A stretch of 63,862 nt of DNA, the filler included, from Babesia bigemina (taxonomy: Eukaryota): assembly GCF_000981445.1 (NCBI RefSeq). It is 17 parts of 17 records of this genome, joined end to end, with 100 filler letters (N's around TTAATTAATTAA, not from the genome) between each part and the next. Parts side by side here need not be neighbours in the genome. Positions count along the whole stretch, not along the records: positions 46,679 to 49,483 come from NW_012237034.1; positions 49,584 to 53,457 come from NW_012237035.1; positions 53,558 to 55,742 come from NW_012237036.1; positions 55,843 to 57,992 come from NW_012237037.1; positions 58,093 to 61,747 come from NW_012237039.1; 12 more parts are not named here. One strand, given 5' to 3'. The notes beneath the pieces are model-generated. The model saw only the letters and a list, made by a program, of their open reading frames with translations. It did no database searches and had not been told where the DNA came from. Both the position numbers and the translations under genes were made by a program. Below are positions 46,950-59,158 of this stretch, in pieces. Each line of letters begins with the position of its first letter. Positions within the stretch are counted from its first letter, which is position 1.

Positions 46950-49483
46950 ATAACCCACTCTACATCGCCCCTTAACCCAGTCTACATCGCCCCTTTACCC
47001 ACTCTACATCGCTCCTTTATCCACTCTACATCGCTCCTTAAGCCACTCTACATCGCCCCTTAACCCACTCTACATCGCTCCTTAACCCACTCTACATCGC
47101 TCCTTAACCCACTCTACATCGCCCCTTTATACACTCCACATCGCCCCTTAACCCACTCTACATCGCCCCTTAACCCACTCTACATCGCCCCTTTACCCAC
47201 TCTACATCGCCCCTTTACCCACTCTACATCGCCCCTTTACCCACTCTACATCGCCCCTTAACCCACTCCACATCGCCCCTTTACCCACTCCACATCGCCC
47301 CTTTATCCACTCTACATCGCCCCTTATCCACTCTACATCGCTGCCTAATCCACTCCACATCGCCCCTTAACCCACTCTACATCGCCCCTTAACCCACTCT
47401 ACATCGCCCCTTTACCCACTCTACATCGCTCCCTAACCCACTCTACATCGCCCCTTTACCCACTCTACATCGCTCCTTAATCCACTCTACATCGCCCCTT
47501 ATCCACTCTACATCGCTCCTTAAACCACTCCACATCGCTCCTTTATCCACTCTACATCGCCCCTTAAACCACTCTACATCGCTCCTTAAACCACTCTACA
47601 TCGCTCCTTAAACCACTCTACATCGCTCCTTAAACCACTCTACATCGCCCCTTTACCCACTCTACATCGCTCCCTTATCCACTCTACATCGCCCCTTAAC
47701 CCACTCTACATCGCTCCCTAATCCACTCTACATCGCTCCTTTATCCACTCTACATCGCTCCCTAACCCACTCTACATCGCCCCTTAACCCACTCTACATC
47801 GCTCCTTATCCACTCTACATCGCTCCTTTACCCACTCTACATCGCTCCCTAACCCACTCTACATCGCTCCCTAATCCACTCCACATCGCTCCTTTATCCA
47901 CTCTACATCGCCCCTTAACCCACTCCACATCGCCCCTTTAACCACTCTACATCGCTCCTTAACCCACTCTACATCGCCCCTTTATCCACTCTACATCGCC
48001 CCTTAACCCACTCTACATCGCCCCTTTATCCACCCTACATCGCCCCTTTATCCACTCTACATCGCTCCATTACCCACTCTACATCGCTCCTTTACCCCTT
48101 CTACATCGCCCCTTAACCCACTCCACATCGCCCCTTTAACCACTCTACATCGCCCCTTTGTCTACTCTACATCGCCCCTTAACCCACTCTACATCGCCCC
48201 TTTATCCACTCTACATCGCCCCTTTATCCACTCCACATCGCCCCTTAATCCACTCTACATCGCTCCCTAACCCACTCTACATCGCTCCTTCATCCACTCT
48301 ACATCGCTCCCTAACCCACTCGACATCGCCCCTTAACCCTCTCTACATCGCCCCTTTAACCACTCTACATCGCCCCTTTATCCACTCTACATCGTCCCTT
48401 TACCCACTCCACATCGCTCCTTTATCCACTCTACATCGCTCCTTTGACCACTCTCCATCGCCCCTTAACCCACTCTACATCGCCCCTTAACCCACTCTTC
48501 ATCGCTCCTCTATCCACCCTACATCGCTCCCTAACCCACTCTACATCGCCCCTTTACCCACTCTACATCGCCCCTTTATCCACTCTACATCGCTCCCTAA
48601 CCCACTCTACATCGCCCCTTTACCCACTCTACATCGCTCCCTAACCCACTCCACATCGCCCCTTAACCCACTCTACATCGCTCTTAACCCACTCCACATC
48701 GCCCCTTTATCCACTCTACATCGCCCCTTAACCCACTCCACATCGCCCCTTTACCCACTCCACATCGCCCCTTAACCCACTCTACATCGCCCCTTTATCC
48801 ACTCTACATCGCTCCTTAACCACCCTTCATCGGCTCCTTAACCCACTCTACATCGCCCCTTAACCCACTCTACATCGCCCCTTATCCACTCTACATCGCC
48901 CCTTAACCCACTCTACATCGCCCCTTTATCCACTCTACATCGCTCCCTAACCCACTCTACATCGCTCCCTTATCCACTCTACATCGCTCCTTTATCCACT
49001 CTACATCGCTCCCTAATCCACTCTACATCGCCCCTTTACCCACTCTACATCGCCCCTTAATCCACTCCACATCGCTCCCTAACCCACTCTACATCGCCCC
49101 TTAATCCACTCTACATCGCTCCCTAATCCACTCCACATCGCCCCTTTACCCACTCTACATCGCTCCCTTATCCACTCCACATCGCTCCCTTATCCACTCC
49201 ACATCGCTCCTTTATCCACTCTACATCGCTCCCTAACCCACTCTACATCGCTCCCTAATCCACTCCACATCGCTCCCTTATCCACTCTACATCGCTCCCT
49301 AACCCACTCCACATCGCTCCTTTACCCACTCTACACCGCCCCTTAACCCACTCCACATCGCCCCTTAACCCACTCCACATCGCCCCTTTATCCACTCTAC
49401 ATCGCTCTCTAACCCACTCTACATCGCTCCCTAACCACTCTACATCGCCCCTTTATCCACTCCACATCGCTCCCTAATCCACT
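46950..49483 (+). repeat. 22-bp minisatellite, ~115 units
   Basis: Same unit; longest array in the window. Confidence 0.97.
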
Positions 49484-49583
49484 NNNNNNNNNNNNNNNNN
49501 NNNNNNNNNNNNNNNNNNNNNNNNNNNTTAATTAATTAANNNNNNNNNNNNNNNNNNNNNNNNNNNNNNNNNNNNNNNNNNNN

Positions 49584-49770
49584 TAGCCCTTGCCCGGTTG
49601 CCATCTAGCACTTGGCTTAGTTGTGAGCTCAGCACTTGGCTGGTTGCTAGCTTAGCATTTTGCCTGGTTGCTAGCTTAGCACTTTGCCTGGGTGCTAGGT
49701 TAGCACTTCGCCTGGTTGCTAGCTTAACACTTTGCCTGGTTGCTCGGTTAACACGTTGCTACGTCGTTCT
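49584..49770 (-). repeat. 24-bp tandem array
   Basis: Reverse complement of the 21130-21515 unit. Confidence 0.85.
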
Positions 49771-49905
49771 CTCATAACCTAATTTAGCTGCTATTTTGTT
49801 CACAGGTTGCCGCTAGAGTAATTCGAGACATTAGACTACGTTTGTCGGTTAGGTGAGTAGGTGAGTAGTTACGTGAGTTGCTGTGAATTGCAAGTGTGAA
49901 TACAA

Positions 49906-52900
49906 TTACGGTTGTAGATACGATATCTTGGCAACATTGCCGACACGTGCTGCAGCCAACAATGATTGCGCCATTATCTTGTGAGACGACGGTATCCTCA
50001 GGTGTGAGCGTATGTGGAGCACATCCAGTCTGCCAACCATTACGCAGATGAGGTAGAAGAGGGACAGCGACCAGAGCGCCACGGTCATCCACAGGAACGG
50101 TGAGCGGATGGTGAACATGAAATTATCAATGGCTTTGAATAACTGCACAAGATGTGAGTCCTTCTCAAATGACTCCGCGAATACTGTACAGAAATCTCTG
50201 CACGTGCGTTTTTTCTCAATGCCTGCACTTCCGTTCAGCCTCTCTGGATCGCCGAGAACGAAGCCGTACTTCGCCAATGTCGGCAGCGTGGAATTGCACT
50301 TTACAATGGATTTGCATTTGGCATCGTGATGTCGTGGCGGATCATGTTTAGATGTAGTTCTACATTCTTTGATGCACGCTTTTCCATGGCAATTCGATCC
50401 CCTGGCACCGCATTTAGAGTTGCACTCATCGTACAGTTTCTTCAGCAGATCGTAGAACGTCGCCGTCAGGTAAACGATCCACGACAAGTACTTATCGGCG
50501 TGTTTCGACGAGAACGTCTCGTAGATGGCGTGACCGATGGGACGCAGATAAGGACCGCATACGACGGAGTCCCTCGATGAGCATACGAGACTGCCCAGGC
50601 TGCCATCGGAGTGGCCCTTCTTCAATGCTGAGTGACTAGGGGTAAATAAGTGGTAGACTTTTAAATCACCATAAGGACGCCCAAAATTGGCAGCGGTGAC
50701 TTTCTCTGTAAATGCCAGTTGTTTATGCGTTTGACCGTGCATACCCCAGCGATCGGTGAGGTGATAGTAGAAGCTGAACATGTCCGCCAGGGTTTTCGGT
50801 GCACTAGGCAAAAGGCAGTTGAGGTAACCGCACAGTCTAGTGAGCGGGGAATTCGGACGCCCACAAAAATCGTAAAGCACTTCGCGTATATTCTGGCCAA
50901 TCATCGTATGCGACGCGATGGCACCAATGTCAGCGAAGCCCATTGGCGTTCTGCACGGCATACCAGGTGTATTGCCACACGTGCCACATGACAGACTCGA
51001 TCCCCTAGCCGCTACCGAATGCGGCAGGTGGCCTTTCAGACCGTCCTCCAAAAACGATTGCAGTGGCGACTTGACGCCGCAGTTGGGAAATTGCTCACCC
51101 GTTTGGTTGCCACTTTGGTCGTGCTTTTCATTGCAGTCTTGCTTAGGGCACTGCTTCGTGTTGCACTGCCAGCCCGACCCACCGATGTACCTGCCGTAGT
51201 GGCACTCCCTCCAGCCGCTGAGCTGAGTTGTAAGTTGACACCGCTGCAGCAGGAAGTACAGCTGGTGGTAGAGGCGCTTGAGCAGGTCGAACAACGTACA
51301 CAGCAACTGGATCATGTTGCTAGGGTAATCTAATTTAAGCGAGTTGTCGGAGAACTCACACGCGTAGATTCCGTCCTTGTGACCGTGGCCTAGGATAGCG
51401 GTGAGGACGGCGTGGGAGTTGGCAGACACATTGTAGAGCTCGTCGACAACGTCAGTGTATTTGACTGGAGATGGGTGCGCATCGAAAAGCTGCAGCGTTT
51501 TAGTACCCGGCCTTTGCTTGTCCTCCTTCATGAACTCAGATTTAACTTGCGCCTTGAGCTTTTCGTACACGGGGTTGAACTGCAGGCCGTTACACCAGAC
51601 AAGGATTTCGTAAACGGAGCGTGGAGCCCGGGGTTTATCAACACGGGTAAGGTGGCATACACTGAAGTACGTTTTTAAGAGATCATAGAGTTTTCGGATG
51701 AGACCGCTCTCCTCCGCGACGGTTACATCAAGCTCGTCCGACCCGGATGCCGATCGAGGAATGTCGGTGACGGGAGATGACTGTTGACTGAACAAATTAT
51801 GCGTTTGATTTGTTAGGTGTTTGAGAATGCTGCTACCATTGAAGTCTTTTCTGTGATTTAGTTCGCCGTGCTCAGCGTTCTCAGGACGATGGACGTCATA
51901 CCCGTTGTCGCGGAAGAAGAGAGCGTGGAGGCTGGAGGTATGATCCGACGAATTGTATATTCTGTAGGTCGTCCAATCATAAATATCAAGTCCGTGCTTT
52001 AGAGTAGTTAATTCTTGATATAAGATGGGCGTGATGGTGAGACAGATTTTGGCGTAGTTTCTACTTTCCGCCTCGGTGAGTTTCTCCCATTCGATGGTCC
52101 TCAAAGAGTACGTCGAAACGTAGGCCTTTTTGAGCTCCTCGACGAGGGGGGTGAAGCCTGCTTTTAGAGCATTGAGGAGTAAGGGGCACTTGGCTGCGCC
52201 GTAGGTAGAGGGTTTGAAGGCAGTGACGGCATTATTGAGGGTGTCTAGATTGGTACTGAATTTGTCATCGAAATACGTTGATGTCTCTAGCTTGGTGAGC
52301 ATGTTAGTCAGAGCGTTGTACGAAGGTCTGATTCTGCTGAAGTCGGCCTTGAATGCGTCTTGATTTTGCAACTTGATGAAGAACGCACTTACTGCTCCTT
52401 TGAAAATAGATGACACTTTGCTCAATGAAGAACCTTCATCTGCGAGATTTTGGGGGTCAACAGCATCGATTCTCTTAACTCTCGCAATAAACGTATGTTC
52501 CATCTTGTTCATGAACCCCTTGTAACCGATGTCCAAATCGTCGGTGATTTCCTTAGGTAGAGGCGCCAACTCCTTCTCGGCTTTCTCCGCGAACTCTAGC
52601 AGAATGGCTTTCACTGACGTGACGTAGTTCTTGTTGACTTGGGTGATGAGATCGTTCTGGGCTTCTTCGACGTTGGAGCTTACTACGCCTCTGATTGACG
52701 TGATTGTTGCCTGGGCTGTTGGATCGGCGCTGGTGAGGAAGTTCTCAGCATCCCTGATTGCAGCGCTTAAATCAAAGGTTTGTAGCTCACCAAGTTTGTT
52801 CTTAATACGCGCCAATTTCTCCTTTATCGTCGTATTGAGCAATGCCCTGAGATTATCCACGCCGTATGTGCCTTCAGTTTTGATGGCCTCGCAGAGCTGT

Positions 52901-53289
52901 GTGAGATTCTCCTTCACCGCTTCGAACTGTTTGAGAGCTGCCTCATCAAAGGTGGTGAGGATTCCCAGGTTATCGGTAACCTGGGTTTGTATGTCACTGA
53001 GAGCGTTGGTGATGTCTTGCTTGATGGTCTCGAGGCCCTTGGTGGATGCTTGATCAGGCCAGGTTTCATTATTGGCAAAGCCGGCGTCATGCAGATCTTC
53101 CAATCTGTTGATCACGTCCTTCTTGTCACTGTTGAGCAAGATGTTATTTCGAAGGTTGGTGAGCTCAATCCCAATGTGCCGATGCCACCGGTGATTGTGA
53201 TACGTGGTGTCAGACTGTCTTGATGCAATTGCGGAGTAGCAGTAGTGATCGTTTGGAGGCCAGACTCTGTACCAGTTCCGGGTGATCAT
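49906..53289 (-). CDS. ves: ves C-terminal ~1090 aa (tail type II); first ~40 codons are not ves-like
   Basis: NKNYVTSV...LPKEITDDLDIGYKGFM shared with 15773..; TM and tail ...VGNVAKISYLQP. Confidence 0.85.
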   Translation of the reverse strand: MITRNWYRVWPPNDHYCYSAIASRQSDTTYHNHRWHRHIGIELTNLRNNILLNSDKKDVINRLEDLHDAGFANNETWPDQASTKGLETIKQDITNALSDIQTQVTDNLGILTTFDEAALKQFEAVKENLTQLCEAIKTEGTYGVDNLRALLNTTIKEKLARIKNKLGELQTFDLSAAIRDAENFLTSADPTAQATITSIRGVVSSNVEEAQNDLITQVNKNYVTSVKAILLEFAEKAEKELAPLPKEITDDLDIGYKGFMNKMEHTFIARVKRIDAVDPQNLADEGSSLSKVSSIFKGAVSAFFIKLQNQDAFKADFSRIRPSYNALTNMLTKLETSTYFDDKFSTNLDTLNNAVTAFKPSTYGAAKCPLLLNALKAGFTPLVEELKKAYVSTYSLRTIEWEKLTEAESRNYAKICLTITPILYQELTTLKHGLDIYDWTTYRIYNSSDHTSSLHALFFRDNGYDVHRPENAEHGELNHRKDFNGSSILKHLTNQTHNLFSQQSSPVTDIPRSASGSDELDVTVAEESGLIRKLYDLLKTYFSVCHLTRVDKPRAPRSVYEILVWCNGLQFNPVYEKLKAQVKSEFMKEDKQRPGTKTLQLFDAHPSPVKYTDVVDELYNVSANSHAVLTAILGHGHKDGIYACEFSDNSLKLDYPSNMIQLLCTLFDLLKRLYHQLYFLLQRCQLTTQLSGWRECHYGRYIGGSGWQCNTKQCPKQDCNEKHDQSGNQTGEQFPNCGVKSPLQSFLEDGLKGHLPHSVAARGSSLSCGTCGNTPGMPCRTPMGFADIGAIASHTMIGQNIREVLYDFCGRPNSPLTRLCGYLNCLLPSAPKTLADMFSFYYHLTDRWGMHGQTHKQLAFTEKVTAANFGRPYGDLKVYHLFTPSHSALKKGHSDGSLGSLVCSSRDSVVCGPYLRPIGHAIYETFSSKHADKYLSWIVYLTATFYDLLKKLYDECNSKCGARGSNCHGKACIKECRTTSKHDPPRHHDAKCKSIVKCNSTLPTLAKYGFVLGDPERLNGSAGIEKKRTCRDFCTVFAESFEKDSHLVQLFKAIDNFMFTIRSPFLWMTVALWSLSLFYLICVMVGRLDVLHIRSHLRIPSSHKIMAQSLLAAARVGNVAKISYLQP

Positions 53290-55138
53290 GGAATTCGACG
53301 TATCGCCAAGTACCTATGCTTAGCAGAACGCGCGTGAAAGTGCGGATGATGCTCACTTTGGGTACACCAGCTAGTGGCCGCGTAGAGGGGTATTGCCTAT
53401 GTGCTCGTTGCACTTTAAACAAGGAAGCACACGCGTAATGCGAGCTACCTCACGAAGNNNNNNNNNNNNNNNNNNNNNNNNNNNNNNNNNNNNNNNNNNN
53501 NTTAATTAATTAANNNNNNNNNNNNNNNNNNNNNNNNNNNNNNNNNNNNNNNNNNNNACGTTGATATGGTATTTCGCGTCTCGCGGATCGCGTGTCATCC
53601 TATCCTAACGAGCTCTCCTACGAGCGCATTGCATGCTCCGATCGAGATTGTTACAGACGCTGGGCACCTCGTTCAAGAGACCCAGGTTGCAGACTAAAAC
53701 GATGCATGGGCTCTCAAGTATAGCTACTGCTCCTGGCGCGCATCTTATCGACGCTGCTATAGGATGCTCCAGCTGCGCAAGATCTTCATCGACCACTCTT
53801 CAGTTCAACTTCTGCAACTGGCTTTGCTGCCGCGCTCACTGCCGCCAGTCTGATGATCTGTGCATCAACTCCGCGGAAGTCACCGGGCGGCACTCTCTAC
53901 AATGCCGAGACCAACGCCCTCAACATGATAACGAAGCACTGACTCAAGCTGCACTGAGCAACTCCCATGAGCAGGTATGCTTAGCGCTGGATCCGGCAAC
54001 CTGTTTGCACACGGCCAAGCTACCGACCTGCGTCTGCCGGCAGCCATACGACAGCCGCGTGTCATGCAGTACAGAGATACCACTCCCATAGGGAGTATAT
54101 GGAGATTGCTGACCTTGCCTCACATATGCCTGAGCAAATGTATTGGAGGTTCTTAGACCCCTAAATAATGGACGCGCTGTTTTAATCACTGCTCATGCTG
54201 CCTTCATGATGGATCATTAAAATGATTGCGATGCTGCTGGATTATTGGCCCCACCTGTCATCCGGCACGCATGTTATGCTACCAAAAAACGGCGTCTCAC
54301 TTCAGCAGGCTATTTTGTTTTCTCAAATTAGAAATGATGACAATACTATGCATAGCGTCTCACATAACGTTTTGTTGTTAATACCGTATCACTCAATGTT
54401 ACAATGAGTTGCAAATCCCAACCGTGATGGTGTCGAACCCCCTGTTGAACTGAGATTTCCCGAAAGCTGTTCACCTGCTTCGGCGACTCGCCACTTCGCA
54501 ACATGTTTACCATCGTGTTACGAATTAACATCTCAATATAAAAATTTCGAGATTTTGTTGTTGCCCATCCCATCAATCTGTGGGCTGTCACTGAGTTGGG
54601 TACCGCCTATACAGTTGCGGTTTGCACTTACCAATGTGACTTACTGCAACATTACATAGCAGCTTATATAGTCTACCGTGAGCACATGACGATGAGTTAA
54701 GGCAGTAGGCGTGTGTTTCGCAACCCATTGTTCGACACGGCAAGGTGTCTAGTGGTGGTCACTTATCAACATTGGTGAAATAAGTGTCGTTCATCGATAT
54801 GTACCAGGTATTACTCATTGTGACGTATGAAAGGCGTTGTCGATTTTTCGAATGGTGGCGATCGACGGTTGTGGCTGAATCATACCTCTGCCAATTCTCT
54901 TGCACCAGCTGAAAGACCGAGACTTTATGTAACGCAACTTCGTTCAAGCCTAACAAGCAGGCATATATATTCACGCAGAATCTTTAAACACAAAAGCATG
55001 TTATTGGATTTACAACGACAGCAATGTCAACAAACAACTATGATACCACTGGTGACACAAACCAAGAAGTGACAAACATGAATTATGACAATTAAACTCT
55101 GTCATTGACAAAAAGATTTACTACATCTGAGCTTCCCA

Positions 55139-55642
55139 TTACTTGGAGTAGTAGTTCTCAATCTGTATGGTAGACAGGACGATACCCTTAACGGTGACGC
55201 AGCGGCACTCCAACGGAGTCGTCTGGCGCAGAGTCTCCCGGGGTCCTACGAGTTCGCTGTTGAACTTCAGTGTCACAAAGTGATTAGTGTGCGATGCACC
55301 CAACGACTTGCTTACATCGGTGACGTTCTTTGTTTCACCCTTCACTAACACTTGGTTGAAGCAGTCAGGTGGGTCGAGTACGTACGGCGCCGGGCAGTAG
55401 AACGCCGCTTCCTTGGCAGCTTGAAGGTCTATCCTGCAACCGACGTCTTGTCCAATAGAATCGTAGAGTTTGGGTGTCTCAGGCTTGAAAAGCTTATCTG
55501 ATTCGTACGTAACGCCGCAGCCTTGCATGTAGGGGTCCGTCATCTCTACGTCAATTTGGATTACGTTCCCCGTGTATTCCTCTAACGGAATTAAAGGCAG
55601 AAGAAATGTAACTGCCGAAGCCTCCACCTTGAATTGACCCAA
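55139..55642 (-). CDS. 6-Cys (s48/45-like) domain protein, C-terminal fragment
   Basis: MQGCG...GCRIDL...AFYCP...LDPPDCFNQV...LECRC pattern; 5' end cut by contig end. Confidence 0.7.
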   Translation of the reverse strand: MGQFKVEASAVTFLLPLIPLEEYTGNVIQIDVEMTDPYMQGCGVTYESDKLFKPETPKLYDSIGQDVGCRIDLQAAKEAAFYCPAPYVLDPPDCFNQVLVKGETKNVTDVSKSLGASHTNHFVTLKFNSELVGPRETLRQTTPLECRCVTVKGIVLSTIQIENYYSK

Positions 55643-55842
55643 ATCCTGATTTAAAATCTCCCTGCCGCCAAAGAGTGGCCTCGGCCCATATTCCCAAGGA
55701 TCTGGGATCCCCCAAAAACCAAAATTTCCCCCCTATTGGATTNNNNNNNNNNNNNNNNNNNNNNNNNNNNNNNNNNNNNNNNNNNNTTAATTAATTAANN
55801 NNNNNNNNNNNNNNNNNNNNNNNNNNNNNNNNNNNNNNNNNN

Positions 55843-56620
55843 GTTGAGGGGACTGGGGAGCGGCAGTGTACGTGTGGCAGTTGGTGAGTGCGTTGCTAAG
55901 TGATTGATATGTTCGCAGGCTGAGGGGACTGGAGTGGCAGTGGTAGTGTTGCAGTTGGTGAGTGCTTACTTAAGTGAATGACATGTTTGCAAGTTGAGGG
56001 GACTGGGACGGCAGTGGTAGTGCTGCAGTTGGTGAGTGATTGCTTAAGTGGTTGACATGTGTGCAGGTTGAGGGGACTGGGCGCGGCAGTGGTAGTGTTG
56101 CAGTTGGTGAGTGCTTGCTAGGTGATTGATATGTTTGCAGGTTGAGGGGACTGGGAGCGGCAGTGGTACGTGTGGCAGTTGGTGAGTGAGTTGCTAGGTG
56201 ATTGATATTTATGCAGGTTGAGGGTACTGGGAGGGGCAGTGGCACGTGTTGCAGTTGGTGAGTGCGTTGCTTATGTGATTGACATGTTCGCAGGGTGAGG
56301 GGACTGGGAGCGGCAGTGGTACGTGTTGCAGTTGGTGAGTGCTTGCATAGGTGATTGATATGTTCGCAGGTTGAGGGTACTGGGAGCGGCAGTGGCACGT
56401 GTTGCAGTTGGTGAGTGCGTTGCTAGGTGATTGACATGTTCGCAGGGTGAGGGGACTGGGAGCGGCAGTGGTACGTGTTGCAGTTGGTGAGTGCGTTGCT
56501 GGGTGATTGATATGTCAGCAGGTTGAGGGGAGTGGGAGCGGCAGTGGTAGTGTTGCAGTTGGTGAGTGCGTTGCTCAGGTGATTGACATGTCTGCAGGTT
56601 GAGGGGACTGGGAGCGGGAG
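55843..56620 (+). repeat. ~75-bp G-rich tandem array, ~10 units
   Basis: GCAGGTTGAGGGGACTGGGAGCGGCAGTGGTACGTGTTGCAGTTGGTGAGTGCGTTGCTAGGTGATTGACATGTTC; ends a few nt before ATG 56627. Confidence 0.95.
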
Positions 56621-56626
56621 GGGAAG

Positions 56627-57034
56627 ATGTCTGGAGAATGGGACTGTGATTGTCCAGGTAGGAGATGTAAACAGTTCGACGTGTGTTATTGCTGTCCATG
56701 GTGTTGTACAAGATGTGGTAGTTCTAGAAAGTGCATATCATGTATGCAGTCTAACAGGCAACTCAGACAGCAGAAGAAATGCCATCCTTCGGACTGCGGC
56801 ACTCGAGATACCACGTGTAACACCGATAGATGTCAATGTACATGTTGTGACAGGAAACGTTCACGCCCTGCCGCCACGCAGTACAGTGCACAGCTTGCCG
56901 ATTCCTCCACTTCCTCCTCCCCCGTCCTTCCCATCATCATCGCCGCCGTCGCCCTCATCATCGTCGTCATCAGCGTCATGATATACTTCCGCATCCGGCC
57001 CTTCCACAGGATGCGGTATCTGCTGCGCAGCTGA
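56627..57034 (+). CDS. Small Cys-rich single-TM protein with tail B (135 aa)
   Basis: ATG start, dense CxxC/CC clusters, Ser-rich stalk, TM, basic tail; paralog at 35677..36230. Confidence 0.75.
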   Translation: MSGEWDCDCPGRRCKQFDVCYCCPWCCTRCGSSRKCISCMQSNRQLRQQKKCHPSDCGTRDTTCNTDRCQCTCCDRKRSRPAATQYSAQLADSSTSSSPVLPIIIAAVALIIVVISVMIYFRIRPFHRMRYLLRS

Positions 57035-57080
57035 TCACAATAACCTAAATGCCAACTGACATCTAATGTTGTAGACAGTA

Positions 57081-57276
57081 ATGATTGCGTTGATGACAAA
57101 TCAGATGAGCAGTGAGGTGACCACTTTCTCCCTACTCCGCCATCGCCGCCGTCATCGTTGCCATCATCGTCGCCATCATCCTGCTCGACCTGTGCATCTT
57201 CCGCTTCCCGGTGGGCCGCAACATCCGCGATTTCCTCGTCCGCAAGATACCCTTCTGCATCGCGTTTTACAGCTGA
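57081..57276 (+). pseudogene. Headless TM/tail module A, frameshifted after the MIALMT leader
   Basis: PYSAIAAVIVAIIVAIILLDLCIFRF...IAFYS* lies in a different frame from ATG 57081. Confidence 0.6.
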
Positions 57277-57364
57277 GATCAGCAATTTGTTGGCGCTAAC
57301 ATCGTAATCCAAATCCCACTGATCACCTGACTGCCAACTGACATCTAATGTTATAGACAGAGTA

Positions 57365-57565
57365 ATGATTGCGTTGATGATCAATGACATGAGCAGTGAG
57401 ATGGCTACTTCCCCCCCTGACCCCCAAGCCATCGCCGCCGTCATCGTTGCCATCATCGTCGCCATCATCCTGCTCGACCTGTGCATCTTCCGCTTCCCGG
57501 TAGGCCGCAACATCCGCGAGTTCCTCGTACGCAAGATACCCCTCTGCATCGCGTTCTACAGCTGA
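57365..57565 (+). CDS. Headless TM/tail module A (66 aa)
   Basis: MIALMINDMSSEMATSPPDPQAIAAVIVAII...IAFYS. Confidence 0.55.
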   Translation: MIALMINDMSSEMATSPPDPQAIAAVIVAIIVAIILLDLCIFRFPVGRNIREFLVRKIPLCIAFYS

Positions 57566-57729
57566 TCTCAGCAATTTGTAAGCGCAAACATCGTAATCCA
57601 AATCCCACTGATCACCTAACTGCCAACTGACATCTAATGTCTAGACAACGTAATGACCGCGTTGATGACCAAGCACCTGACCAAGTTAATGGTTACAGCA
57701 GAGATGACAGTGACACAGCAGCGATAACA

Positions 57730-57992
57730 GTGGTGACCTAGCAACTGACCAATGCCATAACCAACGTGGTGACCAACGTTTTGACCAATGTGCTGACCAA
57801 AGTGCTGACCAATGCCATGACCAAAGTGTTGACCAATGGCACGACCAACGTGCTGACCAAGGCCATGACCAAGATGCTGCCCAATGCCATGACCAAAGTG
57901 GTGACCTAGCACCTAACCAATGCCATGACCAACGTGCTGACCAACGTGCTGACCAATGCCACGACCAACGTGGTGACCAAGGTGCTGACCAA
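57730..57992 (+). repeat. 12-bp tandem array
   Basis: TGACCAA-core 12-mers to contig end. Confidence 0.92.
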
Positions 57993-59158
57993 NNNNNNNN
58001 NNNNNNNNNNNNNNNNNNNNNNNNNNNNNNNNNNNNTTAATTAATTAANNNNNNNNNNNNNNNNNNNNNNNNNNNNNNNNNNNNNNNNNNNNAAAATGCC
58101 GAGGAGTTAGCAGCCTTCTTAGTATTATTGGTTTCATCTATTATAATTCCATCGATATTTTGGTTAAATGTGTGTGTATGTTTGTATGTACTGCGTTTTT
58201 TGGTTAAGATAAAGGAAGACTAGAAATCCACAGGTTCTCGACCTTCTGTCTGACGTGTGATGGTGTTGTAGAGATCATCGTGCGCGTGTGAGGCATAAAC
58301 ACAAAAAAACAATGGTAGTAGTATTGCGTGAAAGTATTTTCGGCATTTCACTGCTTTGTTCAGCCGACATCATATTGTGCAGTTTTGGTGTTACACAACG
58401 CATCGAATGGCAATTAAGAAGGCAGCAATAACTAGACGCATCCATATAATGGTATGCAGAGGACTATATCGAAGATATACAGCAATGTGCCCTGATAAGA
58501 GTGAAGTCTTTGTTGCGATTCTGTAATAATTGGCCCTGTAAACTTGTACCTCACGCCAAACGCCGGCATATATAAGCTAATAACATCGAAGTTGTAACAT
58601 GCAGCAGATGATCAGAGCTCTCAACGCGATGACATATGGTCGCTGCGTAGTGTGCTCGAGGCTGATAATTGCGGGGACGTAATGTTGCTGCGGGGGGTCG
58701 GTAAACCCACATTATTAAACGCTGATAGTTCTAACGTAAGGCTCACGTGAATCTCTGCACGGTAGAGCTATCATTTCATGGTTCAGCATGCTCCATAAAT
58801 TTGTTTAAAAAGGATGTAAACGCGCGATCCTGTTATCTTTTTCTCAATGTACACCACAACCAAGCAGACGCCAAACAACAACTGCCAAGTTATCATTTTG
58901 CGCTTTTTAAAGCCGATATTACAGTTAAAAGCATATTATTAACGTAACGTAGTTTGCTGTTAGAGTCAAGATTAAAATTCCACAGCAAAACACAGTATAA
59001 CAGAAAACGACTGCCAACTTACAATACATAGATTTGAGTGTCTTAATGCGATGAAATTCATTAGAGATGTGTTAATTACAAACAAGACATATAATTTGGC
59101 AAACTACAGTACTATGCTGCGAAACTACCTAACTGTGATAAGCAACCACATTGCAGCC

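Noticed and set aside
53558..55100. Short ORFs on both strands
   Set aside because: No recognisable motif or consistent exon chain; left unannotated.
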